Part shown: piece by piece, positions 61,337-64,000 of the stretch
Numbering within the stretch: position 1 is the first letter of the stretch
Layout: each line of letters begins with the position of its first letter
Source of the DNA: Cetorhinus maximus
Taxonomy: Eukaryota
Direction: 5' to 3'
NCBI RefSeq assembly: GCF_964194155.1
Contig: NC_135893.1
Span: forward strand, 22,506,001-22,570,000
Length of the DNA stretch: 64,000 nucleotides
Made by a program: the position numbers and the translations under genes
Notes under the pieces: model-generated
What the model was told of the DNA's origin: nothing
Database searches by the model: none
The model's input: the letters and a program-made list of their open reading frames with translations, nothing else

Positions 61337-64000
61337 GTTTTGTAGAGTGTTTGGGTCACACTGCTAGTGTTAACTCACATTGATTATTACTTATTATAAT
61401 CAAATCCATTTGATAATTAACTGCATCTCATCCAGCTGCAGCTGTTATTAAACAAAACTTACATGTGTACTATTAACTCAAACTTTAAGCAACTTGTAAT
61501 GTGCAGCACTTCACATGAACAAGACTCAGTTGCAACTCTATATACTGCACATGAAAAGTCAAAGAAACATCTGTATATTCTGAGTTTTCCTGATTATAAT
61601 GCCACTCTCTTAACTGTTTTTATTACTGTTAAAAACTCCCACCTTGAGCACCCTATTAAACTGCAGCTGATTCATGGCACTGATTGAGAAACATTTTGGG
61701 ATCTACACTGACAATTTTCTTTTTATTATAACTTCTGATTTGCATAACACACTAATAAATAGCAATAATTTAAGACAGAGAAGTGGGAACTAGAATTTTT
61801 ACTGGGATAGGTTGGTGAACAGTAACACTGAAAACATTAACTTTTTCAATCTTCATAAATCTTATAAGTGATTTGTGAACAAGTCATTTATTAAACCCCA
61901 GCACTCACCTAGTTAGTAAACTCATCCAGTTATAGTTATGAAACTATAAAAAGAGCCCAGGCATGATCTTTAGCCTGCACTTAGACATAGCTATACAAGA
62001 TAGTAATAAAGACCACAATTTTACTCAGTGTCTTTAGGTTTGGGAGGGGAAGAATGGACAAGGATTCCTACTTCATCAAACCACAACAAAAGTCAGTGCC
62101 ATAGAGGAAAGATAAGTGGAAAGGAATTAGATATAACTGAATTTCAATCTGAAATTGTGGCATCATCCAGAATAGGGGTGTGGTTATATCATTACCTCAT
62201 TTGTTTTAAAGATAGTTGGATGGTTCTCTAGTTTGGGTCCTCACTCACTGCAGCACATGGGGATGGGATGGACTTAACTCCTGGCATTCAATACCCTCAT
62301 TGATCCTGACTTCTGCCTTGGCTACTGTGAACTTATCTTGGAATTATGTGCATAATATAAATCTGTACCTTGCCGGAATGTATGGACCACTGAGACACTA
62401 ATATGGTTTATTTGGCCATGGAAGAAGAGCAATTACCCAGCACACATTCACCATCAAGTTGTAACCAACTTGGGAACTGTAACCAAATTTCTCACATGTA
62501 CATAGGGTATTACAAACACAAACCTCAATGTGGACATGAAGTGCACACTTTTAACCAGCTAAAGCACAGTAAAACCTCGCTGACTGAATAATGTATTTGC
62601 TGTAAGGACATCAGCTGAGCAGCTTTTTGTTTATGCTAATGCTGAGTGCAACGCAACGTGTGAACGATTATAAATTTTATTCTATTTTAAAATGTCTACA
62701 GTTTGCATATTTAAAGTGACATTTAGTATCAGAAACATTCAACGGTGCATACAATAAATTGGATTTGCAGCTTTAATGGCATGTTACAAAAGTAATAAAT
62801 TCTTTTGTAAACTCATTTTGTACCGATTTGTCCAATGACTGAATGAGTAAAGGTGGCGCCTGGGCATAGTACTAAACTCCACACCAGATGGTTACTTCCC
62901 CTGCTCTGTGCCGAGTTAGCTGATCTTAGGGAGGGCAGGAATAGGGTTGCAACAATTGACTTAAAGCGTAAGGGGTAGGGAGGGAGAAAGATGACAGCCA
63001 GGGTTGATCACTATTGAGTGATCACAGTTCAGAAAGATGTTGGTCGAGGACAGGATCAGTCTGGTCTTGCACAAAGAATGGCCACAAGGTACTGGAGGGC
63101 GGATGGTACCAGTGGAACCTGACTCTAACAAAGACAAAAGGGAAGAAAATTGAAAAGAAGAATGCAACTGTGCTAAACACCAAGTTCTATAAATTGATGA
63201 ATACACAATCTTGGTCAGTGCCATTTCACTGGAATCTCCCTATGAAAAGCTGATGTTACAAAATCACACTCTGGGTTCAGAACCTCATCTGTCAAAAGAA
63301 TATATAATACATAATCCAGGCATACACTCTATACAATTTCCCATCCATTAAAAGAAAGAAAAAAGTGTATGTGGCCCTATAGTGGGTGAGGCTCAACCTC
63401 AGGAGTGTGATTTCATAAAATTACTCCCATTGTGGGAAATAACATTTTCAGTAAAGAGAGATATCACAAGTGCAGAAGATAATTTAAAAATTCTGGCTAG
63501 TAACAGCAACTACACAAAGGATGGGTAAAATCAGGGAAATACCCAACAAGAGAAAACCACAAATCTTGGAAACTTGAAAAAACCTAAGATGCTAGAACTT
63601 TACTCAGTCAGTGTCTGAGAGAAAGAACAGGTTGGTCCAGAAATAGAGGGCACATGGAGGCACAGGATATTTTCCCAGAGAATGTGGGGTCGAGGAGTGG
63701 GAGTGGGGGGTGTGGTTTCTGGGACTTGAGAGTCCAGGGGAAACTACTTACCTTCCTGGTTGAGTCTAAACATCTATTCCCTTTGCTTGGTTTTCCTAAG
63801 TGGAGCTGGTGCTGTCATGGGCTGCCTCAGGGCAAACCATTCTTGGAGAGGTAGTCAAATAGGTGATAGGCTCCTTACTACATAGGCAAAAGGCCAGCTG
63901 CCTGCTTCAGGTGTGACTAAAGCATGTTTTTTGTTCTTGCCCAATGTGGCAGACAGTGCACTTATGAGCACATTTCCTGACCACCATAACGGGGTCTAAG

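Noticed and set aside
61800-64000. Exons of a downstream neighbouring gene
   Set aside because: No coding similarity recognised; only SINE fragments and AT-rich sequence

Overview
Eukaryotic genomic DNA from a vertebrate. The repeat content (Deu-domain SINEs, AmnSINE2-like SINEs, CR1 LINEs, Penelope) points to a cartilaginous fish; the species cannot be determined. Three intact spliced genes were reconstructed exon by exon. SLC66A1/PQLC2 is on the minus strand (7 coding exons, 17878->3684, 300 aa). PINK1 is on the plus strand (8 exons, 25490->38132, 694 aa). AGMAT is on the plus strand (7 exons, 41316->61336, 347 aa). The most striking feature is PINK1 exon 2: it carries 10 in-frame tandem copies of a 33-bp/11-aa unit that enlarge kinase insertion 1 to about 180 aa. 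PINK1 also has a strong-Kozak uORF and a probable GC-AG intron. Introns and intergenic DNA are rich in mobile elements: a near full-length decayed PIF/Harbinger with a deletion derivative, a LINE with a tRNA-like head and its head+tail partner SINE, a copia/GalEa-like LTR remnant, Penelope fragments (one a ~100-bp hairpin), and a histone H2A pseudogene within Helitron-like boundaries. Family names come from recognition only; no database search was run, and most repeat boundaries are approximate.
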